64,000 nt of DNA from an uncultured Nitrospiraceae bacterium (GTDB lineage Bacteria; Nitrospirota; Nitrospiria; Nitrospirales; Nitrospiraceae). The notes below the pieces were generated by a model. The model was given only the letters and a program-made list of their open reading frames with translations. It made no database searches and was not told the DNA's origin. The stretch covers positions 32,001 through 96,000 of the forward strand of contig CAVSTP010000001.1 of the NCBI GenBank assembly GCA_963730935.1, in the 5' to 3' direction. Numbering within the stretch: the stretch's first letter is position 1; each line of letters begins with the position of its first letter. The translations under genes and the position numbers were made by a program. Shown one piece after another: positions 1 through 9,225 of the stretch.

Positions 1-347
1 ATGACCATGAAGCCCTCTTCAACAATCTTCCGGCAGAAATTGAAGGCGAGCTGGTAATTCGGGTCGTCGGGCATTGTGCGGGCGGAGCCGAAGATGCTGA
101 CTTTTTTCCGGTGGTGGTAGTCCCGAAACACGCGAAACGCATGCCGCAGCTCCTTGATGGCGCGGTTGACGATCTTGAGGTCCAGGGGTTCGAGGTGTGC
201 GTCGTGGAGCTTGAGCATGCCGACCAAGATCTCCTTGACCAGGGCGGCGGAAACGTCGTCTTCGGGCGATTCCAAGAGCGAACGGACTTGGCTCAGCACA
301 TCCTCATTGGACGGCATCGTGCGCGAGCGGCTGGGGGTGGTTTTCAT
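1..347 (-). CDS. LOG-family (TIGR00730-type) nucleotide monophosphate nucleosidase-like protein, 3' end runs off the window
   Basis: Not in ORF track. Manual translation from ATG at 347: MKTTPSRSRT...DLKIVNRAIKELRHAFRVFRDYHHRKKVSIFGSART...EEGFMVI. The VSIFGSAR motif is typical of the LOG family. Confidence 0.85.
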   Translation of the reverse strand, partial: MKTTPSRSRTMPSNEDVLSQVRSLLESPEDDVSAALVKEILVGMLKLHDAHLEPLDLKIVNRAIKELRHAFRVFRDYHHRKKVSIFGSARTMPDDPNYQLAFNFCRKIVEEGFMV

Positions 348-433
348 GAAGTCTTATCCATTTCTGTAAGTGGTGGTCGAGAAAAAATCTTATCATAGAG
401 CGGCGTTTGGTCAAAGAACTGACGAGACAATGG

Positions 434-1207
434 TCAGGCCTGATCGGGGGGAGCAGGAATCGCTTGCAGTGCCCACGCTTTGAGGCGGGCCATGTCGGTG
501 TGCGACAGATCGGCGAACTGGACTTCGATGGCGAATGCACGCTGTCCGAGAGAACCGCCTGCTGTCGGTGGCAGAGAGCCGGACGACAATACCTTCCCGT
601 GAATGGTCAGAGGTGCGTTGTGCCCGGGTAAGGAAAATGCCAGCATCACGTGCGTCCGGCTTCGCAGGCTTGAAGCCGATTCCAGACGGGCACCGGAGTG
701 ACCGAGTTCGACGACGTTCGCGTTGTGAGCCTGCTGCTGAGATGCGCGTTCATCGAAGACGGTGACGACGGCGGAGATGTTCGTCGAGCGTCGTGGGGGC
801 GTCAGCATGAGGTCCTGGGCGCTCAATACGCCGACCGGCTGATTATGTTTCGTGACGATCAACAAGGAAGCGCCAGTTGCCACCATCATTGTCGAGGCTT
901 CTTCCAGCGCTTGATCGTATTCGATGAACTGCACGGGGCGCGTCATGATGCTGCGCACTTCGATGTCATGGGGCTCCAGACCTCGCGCCACGACTTTTTT
1001 CACAATGTCGCCGGGCGTCATCAGCCCGAAGACGGTCTCGGTCTCTTTCACCAAGAGGCAGGGCGCATGCTCGCGTTCCAGCAGCAAAGCAGCCTCGCTC
1101 ACGGATACATCTCCTGGCACTTGTACCACTCCCGGCGTCATCATATGGGCCACCACCGTGCGTATAGGACGTTGCGGCTGCGGGGGCGGGTCATTCTGAC
1201 CGAGCAT
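434..1207 (-). CDS. Tandem CBS-domain protein with C-terminal PilZ-like domain
   Basis: CBS pair (VAHMMTPGVV...GLMTPGDIVKKVVARG...VRSIMTRPV...VGVLSAQDL) followed by a PilZ-like segment (NVVELGHSGARL...LAFSLPG...IHGKVL...IEVQFADLS). Confidence 0.75.
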   Translation of the reverse strand: MLGQNDPPPQPQRPIRTVVAHMMTPGVVQVPGDVSVSEAALLLEREHAPCLLVKETETVFGLMTPGDIVKKVVARGLEPHDIEVRSIMTRPVQFIEYDQALEEASTMMVATGASLLIVTKHNQPVGVLSAQDLMLTPPRRSTNISAVVTVFDERASQQQAHNANVVELGHSGARLESASSLRSRTHVMLAFSLPGHNAPLTIHGKVLSSGSLPPTAGGSLGQRAFAIEVQFADLSHTDMARLKAWALQAIPAPPDQA

Positions 1208-1392
1208 CGGCCTCTCGCGGTTCGGTGTGATTCATTGACCATTCGTGACGGGCCGATCCCCTGCGGCGCAAACCAAGTATACCAGACAGGGTGAGGCGTC
1301 CCTCATCGGCAGTTGCCTTGTCAAACAAGGGTTTGTGAGACTAGACTAGGCCAATTATTGTCACAGCACAAGAGTGATCCTGGAGCAATCGG

Positions 1393-2862
1393 ATGTCGGT
1401 TGAACAGCAGTTTGAGCGACGGGCTGAGGCGGTTCCAAAGCTGGGCTTGGGGTTGTCGGTCGACGTCTACTCTCCTGATCTCTTTGAACTCATGAGCCGG
1501 TTCGAAGGCCTTGCTGCTCGGCCGGCCTACTTGGAAATTTTTCGAGCAACAACGACCGCGCTGCAGGGGGTGAGGAACCACCTGGCCGGCGTGCCACTGG
1601 CTTACCATGGTGAAGGACTGTGGATTACACAGCCAGATTTCTCGTCCGCGCCCTTTATGGAGAACGAGCTTGTCGAGGTTGCGTCGCAACTGAACACCCT
1701 TTGCAGTCCCTGGCTGAACCACGAATGCGCGACCAAGCAGATGGCGGGCTATACCTTCGGCACCTATCTGCCTCCTTTATATACGGCTGAAAGCGCCGAG
1801 CTGGTGGGAGGCAACATCTCGCTGGTGCAAGAGCGGCTGGATCAGGGGCGCAGGCCGGGAGCGGCCTTTGGACCTCTCTTTCTCCTGGAAATGCCGCCGC
1901 TCACCTATTTTATGGCCGGGACGATCAGCGTGCCTGAGTATTTCCGACTGGTTACTGAGCGGACTCCCTGCGGGCTTGTGCTGGATATCGGGCACCTGTG
2001 GACCGTCTATCGCTATACGACTGCCAGCCGACAGTCATCACTCGCGCAATTCGTCGAGCGATTTCTCGATGAATTTCCTATGGAGCGTGTGATTGAAATC
2101 CATATCGCCGGGCTGTCGGTGCACGAAGCAGGACAGCACGCGGCTGTGCAGGGCGGCTCTCCTGAATGGATCGATGCGCATGCGGCACCCATTTCGGCCG
2201 AATCTTGGACAATCCTCGAGGAAGTTTTGATGCACCCTCGTCTCCGGCATCTTCGCGGCGTAGCGCTCGAAGTCGATACGAAGCCGCTCGAACTCATCCT
2301 TGAGGAATTTACCCATGCGCGCGGGCGTGTTGCACCGATGATCGAGCGCCTGATGGACAACGAGACGCCGGCACTTACTGCCATTTTTGAGCCACTGAAA
2401 GGTGATGGTCGAACCCAGCAGGCCGAGATGGATCATCGCAGGCTCGAAGCCGACTATGTCCGGTATGCGCGAATCGCTTCCGGTCAGGAACCGCCGGACG
2501 GACCTGCGTGGCAGGCCGTCGCAGAGGATCCGTCGGGTTTGGAACGCTACATTCATGCCTATCTTCCCCATGAAATTCTGCATTGGGGAGGAGAACTGCC
2601 CGACATGTTTCCCGAAACTTGCAAAGGTCTGAGCGAACAGGGCCTCTCTCTGGATGGCTTCGTGCCATGGTGGTTTCACAGATCCAGGCCCGCCGACCGA
2701 CCGTACGATTTTTTTCTTGTTAAAATCGATCGTTTCGTCGAGTTCGTTGCTGAACGCGCTCCGACGCTTCTCATAGCCGCCTGCCGTGAAGCCAAAGCCT
2801 TGCGGCACGCGTATGAGGAGGTCAACGCCGGAAGCCGGTATCTCACGGAGTCTTGCCCATGA
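1393..2862 (+). CDS. DUF692 / multinuclear non-heme iron oxidase (MNIO) family protein with ~170-aa C-terminal extension
   Basis: LGLGL N-terminus, YHG, LNHEC, LPPLYT, LLEMP, CGLVLDIGHL, FPMERVIEIHIAG, WIDAH and ALEVD occur in the DUF692 motif order. Confidence 0.8.
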   Translation: MSVEQQFERRAEAVPKLGLGLSVDVYSPDLFELMSRFEGLAARPAYLEIFRATTTALQGVRNHLAGVPLAYHGEGLWITQPDFSSAPFMENELVEVASQLNTLCSPWLNHECATKQMAGYTFGTYLPPLYTAESAELVGGNISLVQERLDQGRRPGAAFGPLFLLEMPPLTYFMAGTISVPEYFRLVTERTPCGLVLDIGHLWTVYRYTTASRQSSLAQFVERFLDEFPMERVIEIHIAGLSVHEAGQHAAVQGGSPEWIDAHAAPISAESWTILEEVLMHPRLRHLRGVALEVDTKPLELILEEFTHARGRVAPMIERLMDNETPALTAIFEPLKGDGRTQQAEMDHRRLEADYVRYARIASGQEPPDGPAWQAVAEDPSGLERYIHAYLPHEILHWGGELPDMFPETCKGLSEQGLSLDGFVPWWFHRSRPADRPYDFFLVKIDRFVEFVAERAPTLLIAACREAKALRHAYEEVNAGSRYLTESCP

Positions 2863-4034
2863 CGTTTTGGAATAGGCTTCCGACGCCGGTCATCGGTCTC
2901 TCCCCGATGGACGGAGTAACGGACTCCGTCTTTCGACTCATGACGGCTCGGCAGGGGAAGCCTGATGTGATCTTCACCGAGTTTACCCATGTGCATGACG
3001 TCTGCCGCGGACCAGAGTTTTTGTTGGACTCGCTGCACTATCATGAGGCCGAGCGTCCGATCGTAGCGCAGTTGTATGGAAAGGACCCGGAGCTGTTCTA
3101 TCAAGCGGCGCACGTGGTGTGCGAACTGGGCTTCGACGGTCTGGACATTAACATGGGCTGTCCTTCCCGCAATGTGGCATCATCGGGCTCGGGAGCCGGA
3201 CTCATCCGAACGCCTGATCTCGCGCATGCGATCATCCGTGCCGCGCGGCAGGGCATCGCTGATTGGACCGCCGGGCGCACGCTGGAAACCGCAGGGCTGA
3301 AAGCCGCCAGAGTCGACATCGTGAATCAATTGAATGCGCGCAGGAACCATGCGCCAGCCCCTATTCGATCGACGATTCCACTCTCCGTCAAGACGCGTCT
3401 CGGTTACGACGAGGTGATCGTGGAACGCTGGATCGAACATCTGCTTCTCGAGTCCCCCGCCGTGGTTTCGCTGCATGGACGAACCTTGCAGCAAATGTAC
3501 AAGGGAGAAGCCGACTGGGCGGCGATCGGTCGGGCAGCTCAACTCGTTCGCGGGAGCGGAACCCTGCTGTTCGGCAATGGGGATGTCCAGAGTTTGAGAG
3601 AGCTAGTGCGTCGTGTCACGGAGACCGGTGTGGACGGCGTGCTGGTGGGGCGGGCGGCGTTGGGAGCGCCATGGTTCTTCCACGGCAAGGAAGAAGCTCG
3701 GCACCGCGCGAAGATCGCAGAGCCGTGGGAGCCCGATTCCTGGACACCCTCACTGGCCGCCCGGTTCGAGATTCTCCTCGCACACGCACGCCAATTCGAG
3801 GCGCAATGGGGGCCGCAACAATTCAGGCGCATGCGAAAACATCTGGGATGGTACTGCAAGGGATTCCCGCATGCCGCTGCTTTGCGGGCCCGCATGTTTC
3901 ACGTCTCTTCCGTCGCGGACGTCGAAGCGGTGCTTGCGGAGTATCGAGGCGGCTGGCTGATCGACGGCGGCCAGACCAATGATTCGTCCCTTACCGAACG
4001 CGAGACCGCTCACCTGGCATCGCGATGCGGCTAG
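2859..4034 (+). CDS. dus: tRNA-dihydrouridine synthase (Dus family)
   Basis: LSPMDGVTD, DINMGCP, SVKTRLG, LHGRT, GNGDV and GVLVGRAALGAPW motifs. ATG overlaps the upstream stop (ATGA at 2859-2862). Confidence 0.93.
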   Translation: MTFWNRLPTPVIGLSPMDGVTDSVFRLMTARQGKPDVIFTEFTHVHDVCRGPEFLLDSLHYHEAERPIVAQLYGKDPELFYQAAHVVCELGFDGLDINMGCPSRNVASSGSGAGLIRTPDLAHAIIRAARQGIADWTAGRTLETAGLKAARVDIVNQLNARRNHAPAPIRSTIPLSVKTRLGYDEVIVERWIEHLLLESPAVVSLHGRTLQQMYKGEADWAAIGRAAQLVRGSGTLLFGNGDVQSLRELVRRVTETGVDGVLVGRAALGAPWFFHGKEEARHRAKIAEPWEPDSWTPSLAARFEILLAHARQFEAQWGPQQFRRMRKHLGWYCKGFPHAAALRARMFHVSSVADVEAVLAEYRGGWLIDGGQTNDSSLTERETAHLASRCG

Positions 4035-4660
4035 TGCTGGCGTCGACGTCGCCGCGCCGTCGCGAATTGCTCTCCCTGCTCCATATTCCCTTCGAGGTCA
4101 GAACCCCCCTCTGCGAAGAGTTGATGCCGCCGCACCGTTCTGCCGGCGATCTCGTGGCGGATTTTGCCAGGGGCAAAGCCGATTCTGTCGCGGCGCAGGA
4201 ACCTCGATCCCTGATCCTGGCCAGCGATACATTGATCGAGTGCGATGACGTCGCCGTCGGAAAGCCTCGCGATCTCGCCGAGGCCCGCTTGATCCTGCGA
4301 GACCTTGCCGGCCGCGCTCATCTGGTCAAGACGGCTGTGAGTGCCGTGTGCCGTGACCGGCGCTTCCAGGCCACCGAAATCTCCACGGCCCGGGTCTGGA
4401 TGAAGCCGTTTGATGAGAAAGTACATGAACGCTATCTCGCGACCGAGGACAGTCTTGGCAAGGCGGGCGCCTATTCCATTCAAGGTCTCGGTGCGGAATT
4501 GATTGAACGGCTGGAGGGCGATTTTACGACCGTCGTCGGATTTCCGCTCCGTGTCGTGTCACGGCTGTTGGTACAGGGAGGGATCGCCGTTCCGGTCGAC
4601 GTCGATACGCTGTATGTCAGCAGACCTTACGGCACCTGGGCACGTTTCCCCGCAGATTGA
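4025..4660 (+). CDS. maf: Maf-family nucleoside triphosphate pyrophosphatase
   Basis: LVLASTSPRRRELL, SDT, GKP, GKAGAYSIQG and GDFTTVVGFP motifs. Confidence 0.95.
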   Translation: MRLVLASTSPRRRELLSLLHIPFEVRTPLCEELMPPHRSAGDLVADFARGKADSVAAQEPRSLILASDTLIECDDVAVGKPRDLAEARLILRDLAGRAHLVKTAVSAVCRDRRFQATEISTARVWMKPFDEKVHERYLATEDSLGKAGAYSIQGLGAELIERLEGDFTTVVGFPLRVVSRLLVQGGIAVPVDVDTLYVSRPYGTWARFPAD

Positions 4661-4719
4661 AAAGGAGAGAGGCTTTTCGTAGAATGCCGCCTTCATTTGC
4701 TTTTTTAAGGAGGGGTCTC

Positions 4720-5364
4720 ATGGTCGCTCAAGGGAACCTCGTTGCAGGCCTTCTGGCTGGTCTCTTTTTGGTCCTTATCAATCCGGCCTTTGCCATCGAC
4801 GTCAAGCTTACGACCGAGGAAGCCCAGAAGGCATTGGAAGCCGGCCGGGCACCGATGGAAAAGGCGAACAGCCCGGAAGAAGTGAAGAAGGTGTTGCAGC
4901 ATGCCTCGATGGCGACCCGCGTGGGCGCTGATCCTGAAAAGGATGCTTGCGGGGCGAGCGCGATTCTGAGGACGAAACGCTACCGGCTCGAGGCATTCGG
5001 CAGGCAGGAGGCCTCGGAGTCTAAAAAGCGCAAAACCGACATCCGCATGCCGGACGAATTCATCAGGAAAGTCGTCGACATGCCGAATATGGAGGTTGAG
5101 GTGCAGCTCTGCGGCGATGATGAATATTTCGCCGAAGGCGCACTGATCGAGTTGCAGCAGGGGAGCAAGAAGGTGAAGGCGATCGATGTCGGCAAGGCGG
5201 AGCGCGGGCGCAAGAATGAAGGCAGCGGACCCGCCTACCGGTCCCGGTTCACGGCCGTCTTTGCGTACGAGAGTTTTGATCCCAACGCCCAGTCGGCGTT
5301 CGTCGTCAACCTGCAGGACGGCAAGGAAATCCGCATCCCCGCCGACTTTTCAAAGGTCAAATAG
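4720..5364 (+). CDS. Exported hypothetical protein
   Basis: SD AGGAGGGG before ATG 4720; signal peptide ending PAFA; strong coding-like codon usage. Confidence 0.75.
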   Translation: MVAQGNLVAGLLAGLFLVLINPAFAIDVKLTTEEAQKALEAGRAPMEKANSPEEVKKVLQHASMATRVGADPEKDACGASAILRTKRYRLEAFGRQEASESKKRKTDIRMPDEFIRKVVDMPNMEVEVQLCGDDEYFAEGALIELQQGSKKVKAIDVGKAERGRKNEGSGPAYRSRFTAVFAYESFDPNAQSAFVVNLQDGKEIRIPADFSKVK

Positions 5365-5539
5365 GCCCGACCTACCGCCCTCAGTCCTGTCCCCTTTCCG
5401 TTGCAGGGACGAAATCCATCCCATCTTCCCCTTGCGGCAAACGCACCCGACCGGCTATAAGTCTCATGCTTTAAGAAGTCCCTCGCGAACCCGCAACACT
5501 CGGCGGGGGGCTTGTCATTCACGTAGGGAGAGGTGGGCA

Positions 5540-6187
5540 ATGCCACAATGGGTGATTCCACGCGTCATCTCAGCGGTGTTCCTTTGTTCCATCATCGTTG
5601 CACCAGTCATCGGCTGTGGGAAAAAGGTGACGTCCTCGACAGGAGAAGCCGCTTCGAGCAGCAAGGGCAAAAGCGCCACCGGGCCAGTGGAGAAGATCAC
5701 GCCCGACACCATGGCGACCTTTCCCGGGGAAAAAAGCGCGAGCACGACGATAGACACGGCACGTGAACCGGTGGAGGCCGCTCCCCCGACGTCGAGCGCA
5801 GCAGGTCCTCCGGCCACATTGTCCGCTCCCTCTGGGGCAGCGCCCTCGGGAGAAGCGTTGGGCCTCGAAGACATCTTCTTCGATTTCGATCAATATACGA
5901 TCCGAAAGGACGCTCAATCGACTCTGAGCGCCAATGCCGCCTGGATCAACGGCAGATCGGGAAGAGCTGTGGTCATCGAAGGACACTGCGATGAGCGTGG
6001 CACACAGGCCTACAATCTGGTGCTCGGTGAGAAGCGAGCTCGCTCGGTCAAACGCTACCTGGAGGATCTCGGGGTACCGGCGTCGCGGGTGAAGACAACC
6101 AGTTATGGAGAGTTGCGTCCGTTCTGCAAGGAGCGCGACGAGAGTTGTTATCAACAAAATCGACGAGCGCATTTTGTCGCCCAGTAA
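5540..6187 (+). CDS. pal: Peptidoglycan-associated lipoprotein (Pal/OmpA C-terminal domain) with S/T/A/P-rich linker
   Basis: Lipobox VIGC; DIFFDFD, IEGHCDERGT, YNLVLGEKRA, SYGE and QNRRA motifs. Start trimmed to ATG 5540 after GGGAGAGG. Confidence 0.9.
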   Translation: MPQWVIPRVISAVFLCSIIVAPVIGCGKKVTSSTGEAASSSKGKSATGPVEKITPDTMATFPGEKSASTTIDTAREPVEAAPPTSSAAGPPATLSAPSGAAPSGEALGLEDIFFDFDQYTIRKDAQSTLSANAAWINGRSGRAVVIEGHCDERGTQAYNLVLGEKRARSVKRYLEDLGVPASRVKTTSYGELRPFCKERDESCYQQNRRAHFVAQ

Positions 6188-6245
6188 TCTCGGAGGGGTG
6201 CTGGCAGCTTGTCGGAGTTGGTCTTATAAGACTCAGGAGGAACGA

Positions 6246-6854
6246 ATGCATCGAGTGAGAATCCTAGCCGTCTGTCTCGCGGTGTTGGCAGGTTGTGCGA
6301 CCAATGAGCCCGTGGATCTCGTGATACCGAGTACGAGCACGTCCAATGCTTCTTCGACCACTGGCATGGCTACAGGACCCAAAGTGGTGGTGAAGCCGTT
6401 CGACGATGCCCGAATGGATCGCACACACCTCGGCAGTCGATCCCACTTTTGGGGAGACATGAGTTATTTCGATCTGCCGAAAGACACGGCGGGAGAGGCG
6501 GTTGCGAAGGCAGTGGTCCAACAGTTGAACAAGCGCGGCTGGCAGGCCAGTCTGGACGGCGGCGGCGGAGCGGCGCCCGATGCAACGATTACGGGAACGA
6601 TTCAGGATTTATCGGTGATCGCCGTCAGCAAGTTCGGCCGCACTGTACTCGTCGCCAAGAACACAATGATGATGCGGGTGGCGAACAATGACCAGAGCAC
6701 GATCCAGGAACGTGTGCTGAGCAGTGGGACCGATCAAGTGTTCTGGTTCGACCCGGAGGACGCTCAGCAACTCCTCAATGAAGTGCTGGAAAAGAACATC
6801 GAAAAGTTCATTGCCGACACCCAGGTCGAGGGACGGGTGGTGAAGCTGCGGTAG
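6246..6854 (+). CDS. Lipoprotein, YajG-like alpha/beta fold (tentative)
   Basis: SD AGGAGG; lipobox LAGC; VVVKPFDDAR...VVQQLNKRGW...ITGTIQDL pattern. Confidence 0.7.
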   Translation: MHRVRILAVCLAVLAGCATNEPVDLVIPSTSTSNASSTTGMATGPKVVVKPFDDARMDRTHLGSRSHFWGDMSYFDLPKDTAGEAVAKAVVQQLNKRGWQASLDGGGGAAPDATITGTIQDLSVIAVSKFGRTVLVAKNTMMMRVANNDQSTIQERVLSSGTDQVFWFDPEDAQQLLNEVLEKNIEKFIADTQVEGRVVKLR

Positions 6855-6875
6855 GACTGACCTTCGCCCTGACCG

Positions 6876-7836
6876 TCACCCCTCGACGGTCACCGTGATT
6901 TCGTGTATCCCGGACGCACCGTCGGGTGCTGCATCCTGCTCAGTGGGTGATTGAAGAGCGCCCGTGCCGTCGGTCGCTCGCACTGACAACGTATAGCCTC
7001 CGTTTTGTGGAACGATCCACTCATAGTGCCAAAAGACCCAGGATGCCGCGGATACCGGCACTTCGAGCGTGGCGTTGGTCCATGAGGCGCCCTCGTCGGT
7101 TCGAATCTCGACTGCAGAGATTCCTCTCGTACCGGCAAAGGCAAGGCCGGCCACCTTGTGGCGCAACCCTGTGAGAGTTGACCCGTGTCCAGGGACATCG
7201 ATGCGTGAGGTGGTCTTGATGATCGCTCGTCGGTCCAACCTTTCCTCGCGTAATATCCTTTATAGTCATGGTCGACGACCTCGATGTCCGTGAGCCACTG
7301 GACGCTCTTCATGCCGTAGTGGCCCGGCACGATCGTGCGTGCGGGAAACCCGTGGCTCTGCGGAAGAGCGACCCCGTTCATCTTGAATGCAACCATCACA
7401 TCTCCAGCCATCGCCCGAGTCAGGGAAATGCGGTCCGAATAGTCGTCGGCCGCTTGAAACACGACGTCAACGGCATCGGTCCTGACCCCCCGCCGCCTCG
7501 AGAAGTGACCGAAGTGAGCAGCCTTCCCAGTGGGCAGTCCCGATATACTCTCCGGCGACCGTATTCCCGACACATTCGAGCGTGACGACGTGCGAGACGG
7601 AGGGTCGGGCGCATAGCTGCTCATAGTCCAATGTCATGAATACGAACCGTGGGCGGGCTTCGATACGATGTGAGATAGAACTCTTCGTTCAGCGTAATCG
7701 GGGAGGTCAGCGTCGATACACGCCGGCCGAACCATTGCTCGAGCCACCCCGCAGACGACGGACGGATGCCTCCCAACAGCCAGGCAGTCGCAAGACTCCC
7801 AAGAAGCAGGACGCGGCGGCGTGACAAGTCAATCAT
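6876..7836 (-). pseudogene. Tat-exported sulfite-oxidase-family molybdoenzyme (SorA/MsrP-like), disrupted by three lesions
   Basis: Pieces in different frames join into one protein: Tat signal LSRRR; SPIT.NEEFY; TLECVGN (Moco Cys); A.WEG; AFKMNG.ALPQSHGFPAR.IVPG.YGMKSVQWL; YY.RKGW; GLAFAG.RGIS.VE; LSVRATDGTG. Breaks near 7635, 7486-7491 and 7226. Confidence 0.85.
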
Positions 7837-7905
7837 GACGGCGCAGCCTCATCTTATATCATCCACGGTTGAAACGGGCACTGTCGCACCACGCTGTGCG
7901 TCGGT

Positions 7906-9225
7906 TCACTGCCTTGCAACAACGACGGCCAGGTCTCGCACGACTCTTTCAGTTGCCCCCAGATGCTCCGCTACGACGCCCCGAGCCCGTTCTCCTATGA
8001 CTCTCGCCTGTTCCGGATCTGAGAGCAGCCGATCACAGGCAGCGAAGAGATCGTGTTCGGTTTCGGCTTGAATCGCGCCGCCGGCCTTGAGGAGCCATGC
8101 GGAGACATCCGGAAAATCGTGCATATCCGGGCCGAACAGCACCGGTTTTCCGCAGGCCGCCGGTTCAATCGGATTTTGCCCGCCTTGCGGCACGAAACTC
8201 CCTCCGACCACTGCGACATCGGCGAGAGCGTAAAGCCGGCTCAAATAGCCCATGCGATCGACCACGACGACCGGCGTAGAACGGTTCACCCGTGAGGCGA
8301 GCGTCGCCTCGGTACCGTCCTGCTGAAACAGCTGGAGGACCTCGAGGCCACGGTCTGGTCGGCGCGGTACGATGATCAGCCGAAGGGTGGGAAAGCGGCT
8401 TCTGAGGCGCAGAAAGCAAGAGCGGACGATCTCCTCCTCCCCACGATGGGTGCTGCCGGCTATCAGGATGCGCGAATCAGGAGAGACAAAGAATTCCTGT
8501 TGAAGCGCCGCCACGACAGTGGGATCTGGGACCGACGCGGCCACATCGAATTTCAGATTGCCGTGATGGCGCAGCCGATTCGGCGCAACCCCGACGGCCA
8601 GAAACCGCTCCGCCTCGCCGGCCGATTGCGGATAGATTCCGTCAAAGGTATTGAAAGACGACTGGAAGAGGAGACGTAGGCCGCGGTAGAGGCGGAACGA
8701 ATCGGGAGACAGGCGCCCGTTGACCAGGACACAGGGAATCTGTCTCCGGCGAACGTCGTCCAGGAATCCTGGCCAGATATCGGTTTCAACGAGGACGATC
8801 AGCGCCGGATCGACCGCGTCGAGGCACCGGTCGACCGCAAACGTCACATCGTAGGGAAAATAGAACATCCCGTCACAAAATCCGGAAAAACGATCTTGCG
8901 CCATCGCAAAGGCGGATGCGGTCGAAACCGAGAGATACAACGGCCGGTCCCCGAGTTCGAGCCGTAGACTCTGAATGAGACTGCCGGCCGAGAGCAGTTC
9001 TCCGATCGAGAGGGCATGGATCCACACCGGCTTCCTGGAGGATGGCTTCGACTGAGGGTATGGTTGCCATCCCAAGCGCTTGAAAAGGGTGGCACGGCGT
9101 TTTGCGCTGAAGATCCAGAGCGGAAACACGATCACGAACAGGACAATCGCGAGCGTGAAGGCCGCACGGTACAGTCTGAATAGCGTCCAGTGGCGCCAGC
9201 GACCTTGCAAGACGCCTCCCTTCAT
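7906..9225 (-). CDS. waaA: 3-deoxy-D-manno-octulosonic acid (Kdo) transferase
   Basis: VWIHALSIGE, FPYD, VETDIWPG, VNGRLS, GNLKFD, IAGSTH.GEE and VGGSF...GGQNPIEPA motifs. Confidence 0.93.
   Translation of the reverse strand: MKGGVLQGRWRHWTLFRLYRAAFTLAIVLFVIVFPLWIFSAKRRATLFKRLGWQPYPQSKPSSRKPVWIHALSIGELLSAGSLIQSLRLELGDRPLYLSVSTASAFAMAQDRFSGFCDGMFYFPYDVTFAVDRCLDAVDPALIVLVETDIWPGFLDDVRRRQIPCVLVNGRLSPDSFRLYRGLRLLFQSSFNTFDGIYPQSAGEAERFLAVGVAPNRLRHHGNLKFDVAASVPDPTVVAALQQEFFVSPDSRILIAGSTHRGEEEIVRSCFLRLRSRFPTLRLIIVPRRPDRGLEVLQLFQQDGTEATLASRVNRSTPVVVVDRMGYLSRLYALADVAVVGGSFVPQGGQNPIEPAACGKPVLFGPDMHDFPDVSAWLLKAGGAIQAETEHDLFAACDRLLSDPEQARVIGERARGVVAEHLGATERVVRDLAVVVARQ

Noticed and set aside
1334..1365. 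CRP-like half sites TGTGA...TCACA upstream of the MNIO gene
   Set aside because: 22-nt spacer rather than 6.
1313..1495. 60-aa Cys-containing ORF as the MNIO precursor peptide
   Set aside because: TTG start with no SD, overlaps the MNIO coding region out of frame, no leader or repeat-core pattern.
5405..5460. GGGAC/GAAA/GGCAAAC words resembling a c-di-GMP-I riboswitch upstream of pal
   Set aside because: The elements are in the wrong order and the P2/P3 stems cannot be formed.
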